A stretch of 40,067 nt of DNA from positions 1-40,067 of the forward strand of contig JBBRXO010000012.1 in the NCBI GenBank assembly GCA_038248345.1, written 5' to 3'. Under the pieces are notes generated by a model. That model made no database searches, was not told where the DNA came from, and was given only the letters and a program-made list of their open reading frames with translations. A program made the position numbers and the translations under genes. Numbering within the stretch: the stretch's first letter is position 1; every line of letters begins with the position of its first letter. Below, piece by piece: positions 7,799 to 17,152 of the stretch. Source of the stretch: Armatimonadota bacterium. GTDB taxonomy: Bacteria; Armatimonadota; Hebobacteria; CAIYQO01.

Positions 7799-9163
7799 AT
7801 GCCCGAACGTCGTATAAACCTGCCCGGTAAAGATATGCCATCAGCCTGGTATAACATCGCCGCTGACATGCCTAATGCACCGGCACCTTATTTGAACCCA
7901 GGCACCCATGAACCGCTGACGCCCGACCTGCTTGCGCCCATCTTCCCGATGGCGTTGATCGAGCAGGAGATGAGCCAGCAACGCTACATCGACATCCCCG
8001 GCGAAGTCATCGACCTGCTGCGCCAGTATCGCCCCAGCCCATTACACCGCGCCCTGCGGCTGGAGAAAGCGCTGGGCACCCCGGCGAAGATCTACTACAA
8101 ATACGAGGGCGTCAGCCCTGCCGGTAGCCACAAGCCGAACACCGCCATCCCGCAGGCCTACTATAACAAGCAGGCTGGCATCAAGCGCATCGCCACCGAG
8201 ACGGGTGCAGGGCAGTGGGGTTGCGCGCTGTCGCTGGCGTGTAGCTGGTTTGATATGGAATGTACCGTCTACATGGTGAAGGTGAGCTACGAGCAGAAGC
8301 CGTACCGCAAGACGATGATGAAGATGTGGGGGGCGGAGGTTTTCTCCTCGCCGACGAACCGCACGCAGTCGGGCCGCGACATCCTGGCGAAGCACCCGGA
8401 TTCACAGGGCAGCCTGGGTATCGCCATATCTGAAGCGGTAGAGGACGCCTTCGGCCGCGAGGACACCAACTACGCTTTGGGGTCGGTGCTTAACCACGTA
8501 ATGCTACATCAGACGGTGATCGGGCAAGAGGCTATTGAGCAATTCGCGCTGGTGGATGATTATCCCGATGTCGTTATCGGTTGCTGCGGCGGTGGCTCCA
8601 ACTTCGCCGGTCTGACCTTCCCTTTCCTGGGGCAGAAGTTCCGTGGCGAAGCGCCGAAGGCGACCAAGTTCATCGGCGTCGAGCCCGCCGCCTGCCCCAC
8701 CCTCACCCGTGGCGAATACCGCTACGACTTCGGCGATGTGGCCGGTTTCACCCCGCTCATTAAGATGTACACGCTAGGGCATAACTTCATGCCGGCGGGT
8801 ATCCATGCGGGCGGTCTTCGCTACCACGGTATGGGCGCACAGATCAGCCAACTGGTGCATGAGGGCTTCATTGACCCGGTGGCCTACACGCAGGTGCCGT
8901 GCTTCGAAGCGGCGGCGTTGTTCGCCAAGGCCGAAGGTATTGTCCCGGCGCCGGAGAGCAGCCACGCTATCCGCGGCGCTATCGACGAAGCGCTGCGCGC
9001 CAAGGAAGAGGGCGTGGAGAAGACCATCCTCTTTGGTTTAAGCGGCCATGGGTTCCTCGACCTGGGTTCATATGAGAACTACCTGGAAGGCAATCTGCAG
9101 GACTTCGCATTACCAGAAGATGAGCTATGCGACGCACTGGCGGAGTTGCCGACTATCGGGTAA
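7799..9163 (+). CDS. trpB2: TrpB-like PLP enzyme (tryptophan synthase beta chain, TrpB2)
   Basis: WYNIAAD, GSHKPNT (PLP Lys), [39 protein letters not shown]. Confidence 0.96.
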   Translation: MPERRINLPGKDMPSAWYNIAADMPNAPAPYLNPGTHEPLTPDLLAPIFPMALIEQEMSQQRYIDIPGEVIDLLRQYRPSPLHRALRLEKALGTPAKIYYKYEGVSPAGSHKPNTAIPQAYYNKQAGIKRIATETGAGQWGCALSLACSWFDMECTVYMVKVSYEQKPYRKTMMKMWGAEVFSSPTNRTQSGRDILAKHPDSQGSLGIAISEAVEDAFGREDTNYALGSVLNHVMLHQTVIGQEAIEQFALVDDYPDVVIGCCGGGSNFAGLTFPFLGQKFRGEAPKATKFIGVEPAACPTLTRGEYRYDFGDVAGFTPLIKMYTLGHNFMPAGIHAGGLRYHGMGAQISQLVHEGFIDPVAYTQVPCFEAAALFAKAEGIVPAPESSHAIRGAIDEALRAKEEGVEKTILFGLSGHGFLDLGSYENYLEGNLQDFALPEDELCDALAELPTIG

Positions 9164-9176
9164 TTTGAAACGAATG

Positions 9177-9211
9177 ATGCCCCCGGACTGATATGGTCCG
9201 GGGGCATTTTT
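9177..9211 (+). terminator. Rho-independent terminator after trpB2
   Basis: ATGCCCCCGGAC / GTCCGGGGGCAT 12-bp stem followed by a T run. Confidence 0.85.
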
Positions 9212-9274
9212 CATTACCTGTGGTTTATCCCGACTCATTCTGGGTAGATATTTACTACCGATAGAGGATTGTTG

Positions 9275-9943
9275 ATGAAAAAAATTACAATTGGCATAAT
9301 TGCCGCCGCCATGCTGTTGTTGGGTACTATGATAAATGCCGAGGATGCCGCGCCAACGCCTGCTCCTACCCCCGCGCCGGTGGTTACTGTAGCGCCTGAA
9401 GAGGCCCCCACACCTGAGCCTACCACCGCGCCGGTAGTAGAAACACCTGCTCCCATGGTTGCCGCGCCAGCGCCAGCCAAGGCACCAGTGTTGACGGCTA
9501 TAGAGGTGCGCTTACTGAATGCCGATTGCCAGGCGTGCATTGATGCGTTGGCCACCGAACTGAATAAAAATGTCGGAGTTTCCGATGCAAAAGCCACTCT
9601 CACTCCTGCAAAGGTGACGGCAAACCTTGATGAGGCAACCATTTCGGCCAGTGAATTCATCAATAAACTCATCACTCTGGATGATTACGACGCGCGCCTG
9701 GCGCTCTATATCGACTCCGCCATGTGCAAAGGGGCCGAGAAGATGTGCGACGGGTGCTTTACCGAAATTCCCCTGCAACTGAAAAAAGTTGAAGGCGTGA
9801 TTGAGGTAACGTTAGACAACACCGGTCGCAGAGCGAAAATTACCTTCACCGAGAAAGCCGTGGTAAAAACCGCTGACCTCGCCGCCGCACTGGCAAAGAG
9901 CGAATATGGTTTTACGGTCAGTTTTACCGCACCGAAGGAATAG
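9275..9943 (+). CDS. Secreted protein with Pro/Ala/Thr-rich linker and two HMA-like domains
   Basis: Signal peptide MKKITIGIIAAAMLLLGTMINA; PAPTP repeats; DCQAC and MCDGC CxxC motifs in ferredoxin-like HMA patterns. Confidence 0.8.
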   Translation: MKKITIGIIAAAMLLLGTMINAEDAAPTPAPTPAPVVTVAPEEAPTPEPTTAPVVETPAPMVAAPAPAKAPVLTAIEVRLLNADCQACIDALATELNKNVGVSDAKATLTPAKVTANLDEATISASEFINKLITLDDYDARLALYIDSAMCKGAEKMCDGCFTEIPLQLKKVEGVIEVTLDNTGRRAKITFTEKAVVKTADLAAALAKSEYGFTVSFTAPKE

Positions 9944-10969
9944 CTACCCTGCCCGCTCCATATCATAGACCAGCCCGATAGCCGCCCGCCAGCGGTCGAG
10001 TGTCTGCATGTTGCCCAGCGTATCGTCCCAGCTCATCTCCGGCGCTTGCCGTACAGCCAGGTGGGCCGCCACTACATCAATCTCATAGCTGTACAGGTGG
10101 CGTTCCAGCGGTATCTCTAACACTTGCGTAGCCTCACCGGTTCGATTGATAATAATCTTTGCGCAGCTATTGTCGCGTGTCGGTTGCCAGGGCATGGGGA
10201 TCAAAATATCACCCGCTGTGCCGAAGATATGCACAGTATTATCCTGGCTAAGTTGCACACCGCAACTCACTTCGGCAAGAATACCTCCGGGGAACTTCAA
10301 AGACGCCACCGTGTATTCATCCACCCGCGTCTTCCCGATCACCCCCACTGCAGTAACTTCGGTTGGCTCGATATATGCCTGGCCACATGCGGCCCCCGCC
10401 AGAAGACGCGCAATGCTGGTGCAGTAGCCCCCCACATCCAGTATACCGCCGCCGCCTAGCTGATGCGCCAGCAACCGGCTTTCCGGTCTGTCACCTACAT
10501 TGAAACTAAACGTCGCGCGTATCAGCCGTACTTCACCGATAACACCTTGTTTTATGATCTCTACCAGCTTCGCTGTCTGCGGGTGACAGCGGTACATGTA
10601 CGCCTCCATCAGAAAGACATCATTAGCTCGTGCCGCCGCCACCACTGCTTCCGTCTGCGTGTAATTCATGGTAATCGGCTTCTCGCAGAGGATATGCTTG
10701 CCCGCCTGCGCCGACTTTATCGCCCATTCGGCATGATCTGGGTGCAAAACAGCAATATATACCGCATCTACTTCAGCATCCGCGAGTAACGCGTTATAAT
10801 CCCCGTAGCAGCGCCTGATGCCATGCTCTGCCCCGAACTTCTGCGCGTTCTCCAGCGAGCGGCTGGCCACCGCGACCAATTCACCGGTAAGTGAATCCAG
10901 CATCCCCTGCGCGAACTTGCTGGCAATGTGTCCGGCCCCAATTATTCCCCAACGTAGTTTTGTGGTCAT
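9944..10969 (-). CDS. Gfo/Idh/MocA family oxidoreductase
   Basis: WGIIGAGHIA, HILCEKP, GGGGILDVGGY. Confidence 0.93.
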   Translation of the reverse strand: MTTKLRWGIIGAGHIASKFAQGMLDSLTGELVAVASRSLENAQKFGAEHGIRRCYGDYNALLADAEVDAVYIAVLHPDHAEWAIKSAQAGKHILCEKPITMNYTQTEAVVAAARANDVFLMEAYMYRCHPQTAKLVEIIKQGVIGEVRLIRATFSFNVGDRPESRLLAHQLGGGGILDVGGYCTSIARLLAGAACGQAYIEPTEVTAVGVIGKTRVDEYTVASLKFPGGILAEVSCGVQLSQDNTVHIFGTAGDILIPMPWQPTRDNSCAKIIINRTGEATQVLEIPLERHLYSYEIDVVAAHLAVRQAPEMSWDDTLGNMQTLDRWRAAIGLVYDMERAG

Positions 10970-10998
10970 CAGAAAATCCTCCGAGTATCAACGCCACA

Positions 10999-13911
10999 TT
11001 ATTGCGGCGTGCTCTTCCCCTTGGCCAATACCGCTTGCGCGTGGCGAGCAAAATGGCCGCGGATGTCATTGGCGTAGCCGCGCAAGATGCTCTCCCCCAG
11101 GCCATTAGCATCTCCACAACGATACAACGCGTGCGCCAGCGTTATCTCCCGAAGCGACGACCCACGGGGCGGCTCAGCATGCAGATCATTGTTGAGGTTA
11201 TCAGCGGGCATCACGTACCCACGAACGCCAGGTTTGCGCAGTAAGTTGGCCAATTCAACGACGGCCGCTGGATCGCCGATCTCTTCCAACGCCAGCGAAA
11301 TCACGCGTGTGTGGGAGAATTCGCTTTTCGCGTTCAGTTTCTTCAGTTTCTCCACTAAGACCGGCACCGCCCGCTTATCCCGGCTTTTCCCCAACGCGTA
11401 TATTATACTATCCAATCTGCTCATTGAGGGGCCGAATTGCCCCGCCGCGCGGTACTCCCAGCCTTTATCCCACGGCGAGGATGCCACCGCTGCAATCATA
11501 ATGTCAACGCCGGTGTTATCTCCCAGCAATGCGAGAATATGCGCGTAGATCAGCTTCTCATTCTTATCCGCTGTTTTACCCAGCACCTGCTTCAATAGTG
11601 GTATCGCCAACTCCGGCTGCGCCATCAACACCGACACCTCGCGATAATCCTGCTTGATCATCTCAATAGCTTCATTCATCAGCTCAGTAGACAGCGGGTA
11701 GCTATCCACATCCGTCAAGACACTGGCGGGCAAGTTGCCTTTATCGACTAACAACTGTTGCAATTTCTTTATATTCACTTTACGGGTTCGCCCACCCAGT
11801 TTCGCCGTCATCGCCGCTGCTATCCCGGCGGCATACCCCTGGTTTTGCAGGTCTGCCTGCATACGGATCAACGGCATAGCGTCGCGGTGGGCGCTGATCC
11901 CCAGCCCTGTGACAATTATCCCGTCCAGCCCCTTCGGCAGCAGCGCACGATAAGGGGTATAGGTAGAAAGCATATGCTTGTCCGGGTGCTCCATAGAGAA
12001 ATAGGGATCGACAGTATAACCGTGGGTGTCGAAATCGCTGTAAGATAAGCAAATGGTATCCGGATATTTACGTCCGTTCACCTCATCCAAAATCGTCAGG
12101 GTAAAGTCACCAACCATCCGCCGTCTTTCTCGTGTATCAATCAATTGCCCAACGTCAAATGAATTCCCGCTATCCTTCCGCGTGGCAACAAACAATCGCC
12201 ATACATCGAGCATATCCGTCTCATCGGTCAGTGTAAAATCAGTATTATTGTGGCTGGGGACTACTCCCTGGGCGGGCAAGCCGGTGCCCTGCACCGCAAT
12301 CTCAGTATCATCGGTATATATCGGCGTAGCCCCCGAGGCTATCGCGATATCGGCGCTGCCGGTAGAGTCCACCACGACCTTGGCGCGCACGACACCGCGT
12401 CCTTGCGGGGTAGAGACCACCACACCTACCACTTTACTATCCTGCACCACCGAGCCAACTCCCATAGCGCCGAACCAGATATCAGCCTTCGCACTGCGCA
12501 GGGTAGTGCGCCACCATTGCGCACGCTCTACAATATTCCAGGTGGCATCTCCCGGAACTTCTTTGGTAAAACCGCCCCGATAGCCATTCCAATAGGAGGC
12601 GATAGCCCCCATGGTGCCCACGCCACCCAGCCCATGCAGCGCCTCCACCACCAGCGTTTTGGCCCCTTGCCGGGCCGCGGCAATCCCCGCCGGGCAACCA
12701 CTGGTGCCGCCGCCGATAACGACGACATCATATGTCGCAATGACTGGTAGTATGTGCGCGGATGATTTAATTGTCGCGCGCGGCTTGCCCGGACGCATAC
12801 CATCCAATTCCTCACATACCATACCCGGCATTACCCGTTTTCCCACTTTGCCCGCCAGGTTAACTCCAGTGACGGCGGGCATCGCCAGGGCATCTTTAGC
12901 TGCAGCGGAGCCTATCCTCCGCCCCATAGCCATTAATGCAGTAGGGCGTAGAAGAGTTTCGGCCTGCAGCCGGGAGATATCTGCGCACCCACCCAGAATA
13001 TACAGCTGCTGTATCCCTACGGGCCGGAAAGCATCCACGGGCAAACTTTCCACGCTATTCCATGCGCCGGTAGCATTCGCTACCCCGCGCATATTATCGG
13101 GTGGGACCTGGAAGAGGATATCCGAGGCCATCGCCTGGGTAGTTGAATCAGTGAGATCGCGCGCACGCTGCTCCGCTGCGGCGAGAGAACTGTATGATCC
13201 GTCCTTCATCTCCAGGCTCAGATCATATACGGTAATGCCATACACTTTCTCCCCTTCAGTATATTTCAATGGGATATTTCGGATAGTAATTCCTGCGCCT
13301 GGTTTATCCTGCCCACCGATGACGACACGGGTGAATTTCTGTTTCCCTTTTGGATACGGTGTGAAGTTCGCCCCGGCCATACGTGCGACCCAGGCGCGGT
13401 CTGTTGCATCTATGATTACCTTGGCCGTCACCGCTTGCCGTCCAGCGCGGTTCGCAATCACCACGCCGGCAATATTCCCCTGCCCGTCACGCAGGATGTC
13501 GGTAACATTACTGTTGAAGAGGTAATCTACTTTGGCGTTGAGCAACGCCGAATCGAGGGTTCGTTTCACTTGTAAAGGTGTAGCCGGGTTACCCCGTCCG
13601 AATATCTGTGTGGCCAGCGGGTCCACCGCCGGTTCTTTCTCCTCATTCCATAGCTGGCACGTGGCGGCCATGTCTTCTCCCAGATAGGATTTGGGGGCAG
13701 CGAGGAAAACTTTAGCTCCGGCGCGGGCGGCGGTAGCGGCGGCTGTCACTGCCCCGGTAGAGCCGCCGATAACCACCACGTCTACCTGATAGGCGATAGG
13801 GATGTCGCGAGCAGACTCATTCACAAATTCCGGCAAAAAGATATCGCTAAAGCGCCATAACAGTGCCGAGGTCACAATTAATACCAACACTACGATGAGT
13901 AATCTCTTCAC
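10999..13911 (-). CDS. FAD-dependent oxidoreductase (two FAD_oxidored-type modules + HEAT repeats), paralog 3
   Basis: N-terminal hydrophobic leader; VVVIGGSTGA...IIDATD, then VVVIGGGTSG...VVDSTG, RERRR, PYRALLP; C-terminal HEAT-like helices; GTG start with GAGGGA SD. Confidence 0.9.
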   Translation of the reverse strand: MKRLLIVVLVLIVTSALLWRFSDIFLPEFVNESARDIPIAYQVDVVVIGGSTGAVTAAATAARAGAKVFLAAPKSYLGEDMAATCQLWNEEKEPAVDPLATQIFGRGNPATPLQVKRTLDSALLNAKVDYLFNSNVTDILRDGQGNIAGVVIANRAGRQAVTAKVIIDATDRAWVARMAGANFTPYPKGKQKFTRVVIGGQDKPGAGITIRNIPLKYTEGEKVYGITVYDLSLEMKDGSYSSLAAAEQRARDLTDSTTQAMASDILFQVPPDNMRGVANATGAWNSVESLPVDAFRPVGIQQLYILGGCADISRLQAETLLRPTALMAMGRRIGSAAAKDALAMPAVTGVNLAGKVGKRVMPGMVCEELDGMRPGKPRATIKSSAHILPVIATYDVVVIGGGTSGCPAGIAAARQGAKTLVVEALHGLGGVGTMGAIASYWNGYRGGFTKEVPGDATWNIVERAQWWRTTLRSAKADIWFGAMGVGSVVQDSKVVGVVVSTPQGRGVVRAKVVVDSTGSADIAIASGATPIYTDDTEIAVQGTGLPAQGVVPSHNNTDFTLTDETDMLDVWRLFVATRKDSGNSFDVGQLIDTRERRRMVGDFTLTILDEVNGRKYPDTICLSYSDFDTHGYTVDPYFSMEHPDKHMLSTYTPYRALLPKGLDGIIVTGLGISAHRDAMPLIRMQADLQNQGYAAGIAAAMTAKLGGRTRKVNIKKLQQLLVDKGNLPASVLTDVDSYPLSTELMNEAIEMIKQDYREVSVLMAQPELAIPLLKQVLGKTADKNEKLIYAHILALLGDNTGVDIMIAAVASSPWDKGWEYRAAGQFGPSMSRLDSIIYALGKSRDKRAVPVLVEKLKKLNAKSEFSHTRVISLALEEIGDPAAVVELANLLRKPGVRGYVMPADNLNNDLHAEPPRGSSLREITLAHALYRCGDANGLGESILRGYANDIRGHFARHAQAVLAKGKSTPQ

Positions 13912-14106
13912 TAATTACGTCCCTCGAGGTAAAACTCAATAATTCTGCTGGTAATTTCAATCCCAGCGAGAAAGATGATTTGCAATTACTTCCCTTTCGA
14001 GGTAAATGCAAAACCTCCAAAATTCAGACCTGGGCAACGCCCTAGGGACTGATTAGATGTGAAACATCAAACCTAAAAGTTTTACAATCACCTTTTTTAT
14101 TGAGGA

Positions 14107-17100
14107 TTACTTTTTACCTTGTTTCAGGATAGCATCTGCATGACGCGCAAAGTGCCCGCGTAAATCGCTCCGATATCCTTCGAGTATCCCTTTTCCCAAC
14201 TTCTCCGGTGTATCGCCCAAATTATAAATCGCCCGCGCCAGGGTGATCTCGCGTACGGATAGCAGAACCTTGATCGTCTTATTATCCGCCTCGCCATAGT
14301 CACCAGCTTTGCTCATGACATGCCCCATCATACCGGGTTTTTGCAATATTGCTACCAGTGCCGGTACAGAGGCAGGGTCACCGATTTTTTCCAGCGCCAG
14401 CGTACAGGCGCGTACGTTCCGAATGGCATAGTCTTTGATCCACTCATCCATATTGTCAAGGTCAGCCTGCTGCTGTTTCTCGACCGGTAACTGCTGCATT
14501 TTTCGGATGATCGCCGGAGCAGCAGACTTATCTTTCAGACAACCCAATGCGAAAATAATCCCCGCCATATCGCTCCGATGCGGCGCTTTTGCATCGTCAT
14601 ACATGCCGCGCTTCCAGTCGGATTTGTCTACTGTATCAATCAACGTCTTCAACCCGGTGGCATCACCCATGATGGCAAGCAATTCCGCATAGCGCTCCTG
14701 TTCAAACGGATCGCTGTTATTCTGGTACGCTTGCTGCAGTAGTTTAATCGAATAATTCGGTTTGGCCAACAACAGCGGAGCACCCTGGTTATTGTTTTTC
14801 AAGGTGGTGATCGCCGTGGCTACTGCCGCGGCCAATGCCGGTGAGTCCGCTAATGAGTCTACATCCGTAAGTACATTCGGCGGAAGATTGCCGATTCCCA
14901 CCAGTTTCTTTTGCAGCGTCTTAATATTTATCACACGCGGTTGTACGGACTCCTGTACCGCTTGCGCCGCCGCCAGTCCCATCGCATAACCCTGATTCTG
15001 TAAATCACGTTGCATACGAATCACCGGCATAGCATCACGATGAGCGCTGACTCCTAAACCAGTCACCAGTATGCCATCCAAACCCTTCGGCAACAGACAA
15101 CGATATGGAGTATAGGTGGTGAAAACATGGTCAGCGCCCAAGAGATTAAGCTCAAAAAAAGGATCCGTCGTGTAACTGTGCGAATCGCAATTGCTCATTG
15201 ATTGCACCACCGAATCCGGATAGGTGCGTTTGGTCATCTCATCCAATACCGTCAGCGTATAATCGCCGACAATGCGGCGCCGTTCGCGTGTGCCCAGTAA
15301 CGGAACCAGATCAAATGCCCGCTCGTACTTTTTGCGCGCCGAAAGGAAGATATTCCACACATCTACCATGTCTGTCTCATCGGTAATGGACACGTCAGTA
15401 TTGGTGTAATGCGGTGCAGCATCACGGGGGGGGACACCGGTGGTCTGCCAGGCGATATCAGTGGCATCGGTAGTCACGCATTGCGCTCCTGCTGCCGCGG
15501 CGATGTCTGCATTACCCGTGGAATCTATCACAACTTTCGCCAGCACCACCCCGCGCCCTTGCGGGGTAGCCACCACCACACCTTTAACCACGTCCTTGTC
15601 AATAAAAGCCCCGACCCCCATAGTATTTAGCCAAATAGAAGCGCCCGCTTTGCGTAGGGAGGTACGCCACCATTCCATGCGCTGCTCGGCGCTCCAGTTG
15701 TTGCCGACAGCGGGCACTTCCTTGCTGAACCCCTGTTGCTTGCCGTACCAGTAACGGTTCACTTCGCCCAATGTTCCCGTACCGCCCAGGCCGCCTTGGA
15801 ACTCGACCACCAGCGTGCTCATCTTCTGTCGAGCAGCGGCAATCCCCGCGGGGCAACCACTGGTTCCCCCGCCAATAACCACCACATCATATGTGCCTAA
15901 CACCGGGAGCGCCCGCTCCTGTTGGTGCACTGTCGGTAATTTATCAATTGGCCGCGGACCGACGAGGCTCTCACCGACATCCCCGGTGACTACTGCGTTC
16001 ACTTTATCCCCGACCAGCATTGGATCCTTGACGAGCGGAATTTTCTTCGCCGTCTCCGCTGCCGCCACGCCGATTCGCTCGCCCATATCCAGCAAAGCCA
16101 ATGGGCGGAGCAACTTATCCGCCTGCGCACGCGGGATATCCGCACAACCGCCCAGCACAAAGAGATTCTTCACCTTCGCCGGTTGAAATGCTCCCATGTC
16201 CAGTTGCGCCACCCCACGCCACTCTCCACTGGCGGGCTTTTGTGCGTTTATCTGTATGGCTGGTGTAGAGAAGAGCGTCTCTGAGGAGCCTCCCTGCCCG
16301 TCAGCATAAGTCAGATCGCGCGCATCCTGCTCCGCCCGTGCGCGGCTGGCAAAAGTACCATCAGCCACATCAAACTGCAGCGCGTATTCCGTCAAGGCAT
16401 GTTGCGAGGGGATTTTCTCAAAGCCGCCTACTTCATCGCTCTTCCCTTCCACCTTCACCGGTGGAAGATTTCGTGCGACCATGCCACTACCGGCGCGCGG
16501 CTTCCCGCCCATTACCACACGGGTGAATCGTTGTTTCCCCGCTGGCGCTGTGGTGAATTGTGCGCCCGCCAACCGGGCCACCCCGGCGTGTTCTGTGGCG
16601 TCGATAATCACCTTCGCCGTTATCGCCTGCCGTCCCGCACGATTTACCATCACCACGCCGCATGGATCCCCATTTTTATCGGTGAGTACATCAGAATAGT
16701 AGGAGTTATAGAGAAACTGTACGCCATTATTGAGCAAGGAGTCATCTAAAGCGCGTTTAATGCGCATGGGCGTGGTGGGGCTTCCAGCAATAAATATCTG
16801 CTTTGCCAACGCACCCTCCGGTTTTTCTCCATCCTCCAGCCATAGCCGATAGGTCGCGGCCATATCCTCACCAAGATAAGGACGCGGCGCGGCCAGGAAT
16901 ACCTTGGCCCCCGCTTTCGCCGCAGATGTAGCTGCGGCCACCGCGCCGGTAGTACCCCCTACAACCACTACATCCACCTGGTAGGCCAGCGGTATCTCAC
17001 GCGCAGATTCGCGCACCGCCTGATATGTCACCACTGGCTGTGCCCGATAAGGGTGGTAACTCTTCCCAAAATATTTAACAGCAACAATTACTGCAATTAC

Positions 17101-17139
17101 CAGCACTATCAGCGCCAGTGGTAATAGGTATTTTTTCAT
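14107..17139 (-). CDS. FAD-dependent oxidoreductase (two modules + HEAT repeats), paralog 2
   Basis: Same architecture; leader MKKYLLPLALIVLVIAVIVAV; start at 17139 or 17148. Confidence 0.9.
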   Translation of the reverse strand: MKKYLLPLALIVLVIAVIVAVKYFGKSYHPYRAQPVVTYQAVRESAREIPLAYQVDVVVVGGTTGAVAAATSAAKAGAKVFLAAPRPYLGEDMAATYRLWLEDGEKPEGALAKQIFIAGSPTTPMRIKRALDDSLLNNGVQFLYNSYYSDVLTDKNGDPCGVVMVNRAGRQAITAKVIIDATEHAGVARLAGAQFTTAPAGKQRFTRVVMGGKPRAGSGMVARNLPPVKVEGKSDEVGGFEKIPSQHALTEYALQFDVADGTFASRARAEQDARDLTYADGQGGSSETLFSTPAIQINAQKPASGEWRGVAQLDMGAFQPAKVKNLFVLGGCADIPRAQADKLLRPLALLDMGERIGVAAAETAKKIPLVKDPMLVGDKVNAVVTGDVGESLVGPRPIDKLPTVHQQERALPVLGTYDVVVIGGGTSGCPAGIAAARQKMSTLVVEFQGGLGGTGTLGEVNRYWYGKQQGFSKEVPAVGNNWSAEQRMEWWRTSLRKAGASIWLNTMGVGAFIDKDVVKGVVVATPQGRGVVLAKVVIDSTGNADIAAAAGAQCVTTDATDIAWQTTGVPPRDAAPHYTNTDVSITDETDMVDVWNIFLSARKKYERAFDLVPLLGTRERRRIVGDYTLTVLDEMTKRTYPDSVVQSMSNCDSHSYTTDPFFELNLLGADHVFTTYTPYRCLLPKGLDGILVTGLGVSAHRDAMPVIRMQRDLQNQGYAMGLAAAQAVQESVQPRVINIKTLQKKLVGIGNLPPNVLTDVDSLADSPALAAAVATAITTLKNNNQGAPLLLAKPNYSIKLLQQAYQNNSDPFEQERYAELLAIMGDATGLKTLIDTVDKSDWKRGMYDDAKAPHRSDMAGIIFALGCLKDKSAAPAIIRKMQQLPVEKQQQADLDNMDEWIKDYAIRNVRACTLALEKIGDPASVPALVAILQKPGMMGHVMSKAGDYGEADNKTIKVLLSVREITLARAIYNLGDTPEKLGKGILEGYRSDLRGHFARHADAILKQGKK

Positions 17140-17152
17140 TTTCACCATGCTA

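Noticed and set aside
12611..13525. 304-aa antisense ORF and similar shadow ORFs (e.g. 38000-38977, 29088-29816)
   Set aside because: They lie opposite well-supported genes, as expected from GC-rich codon bias.
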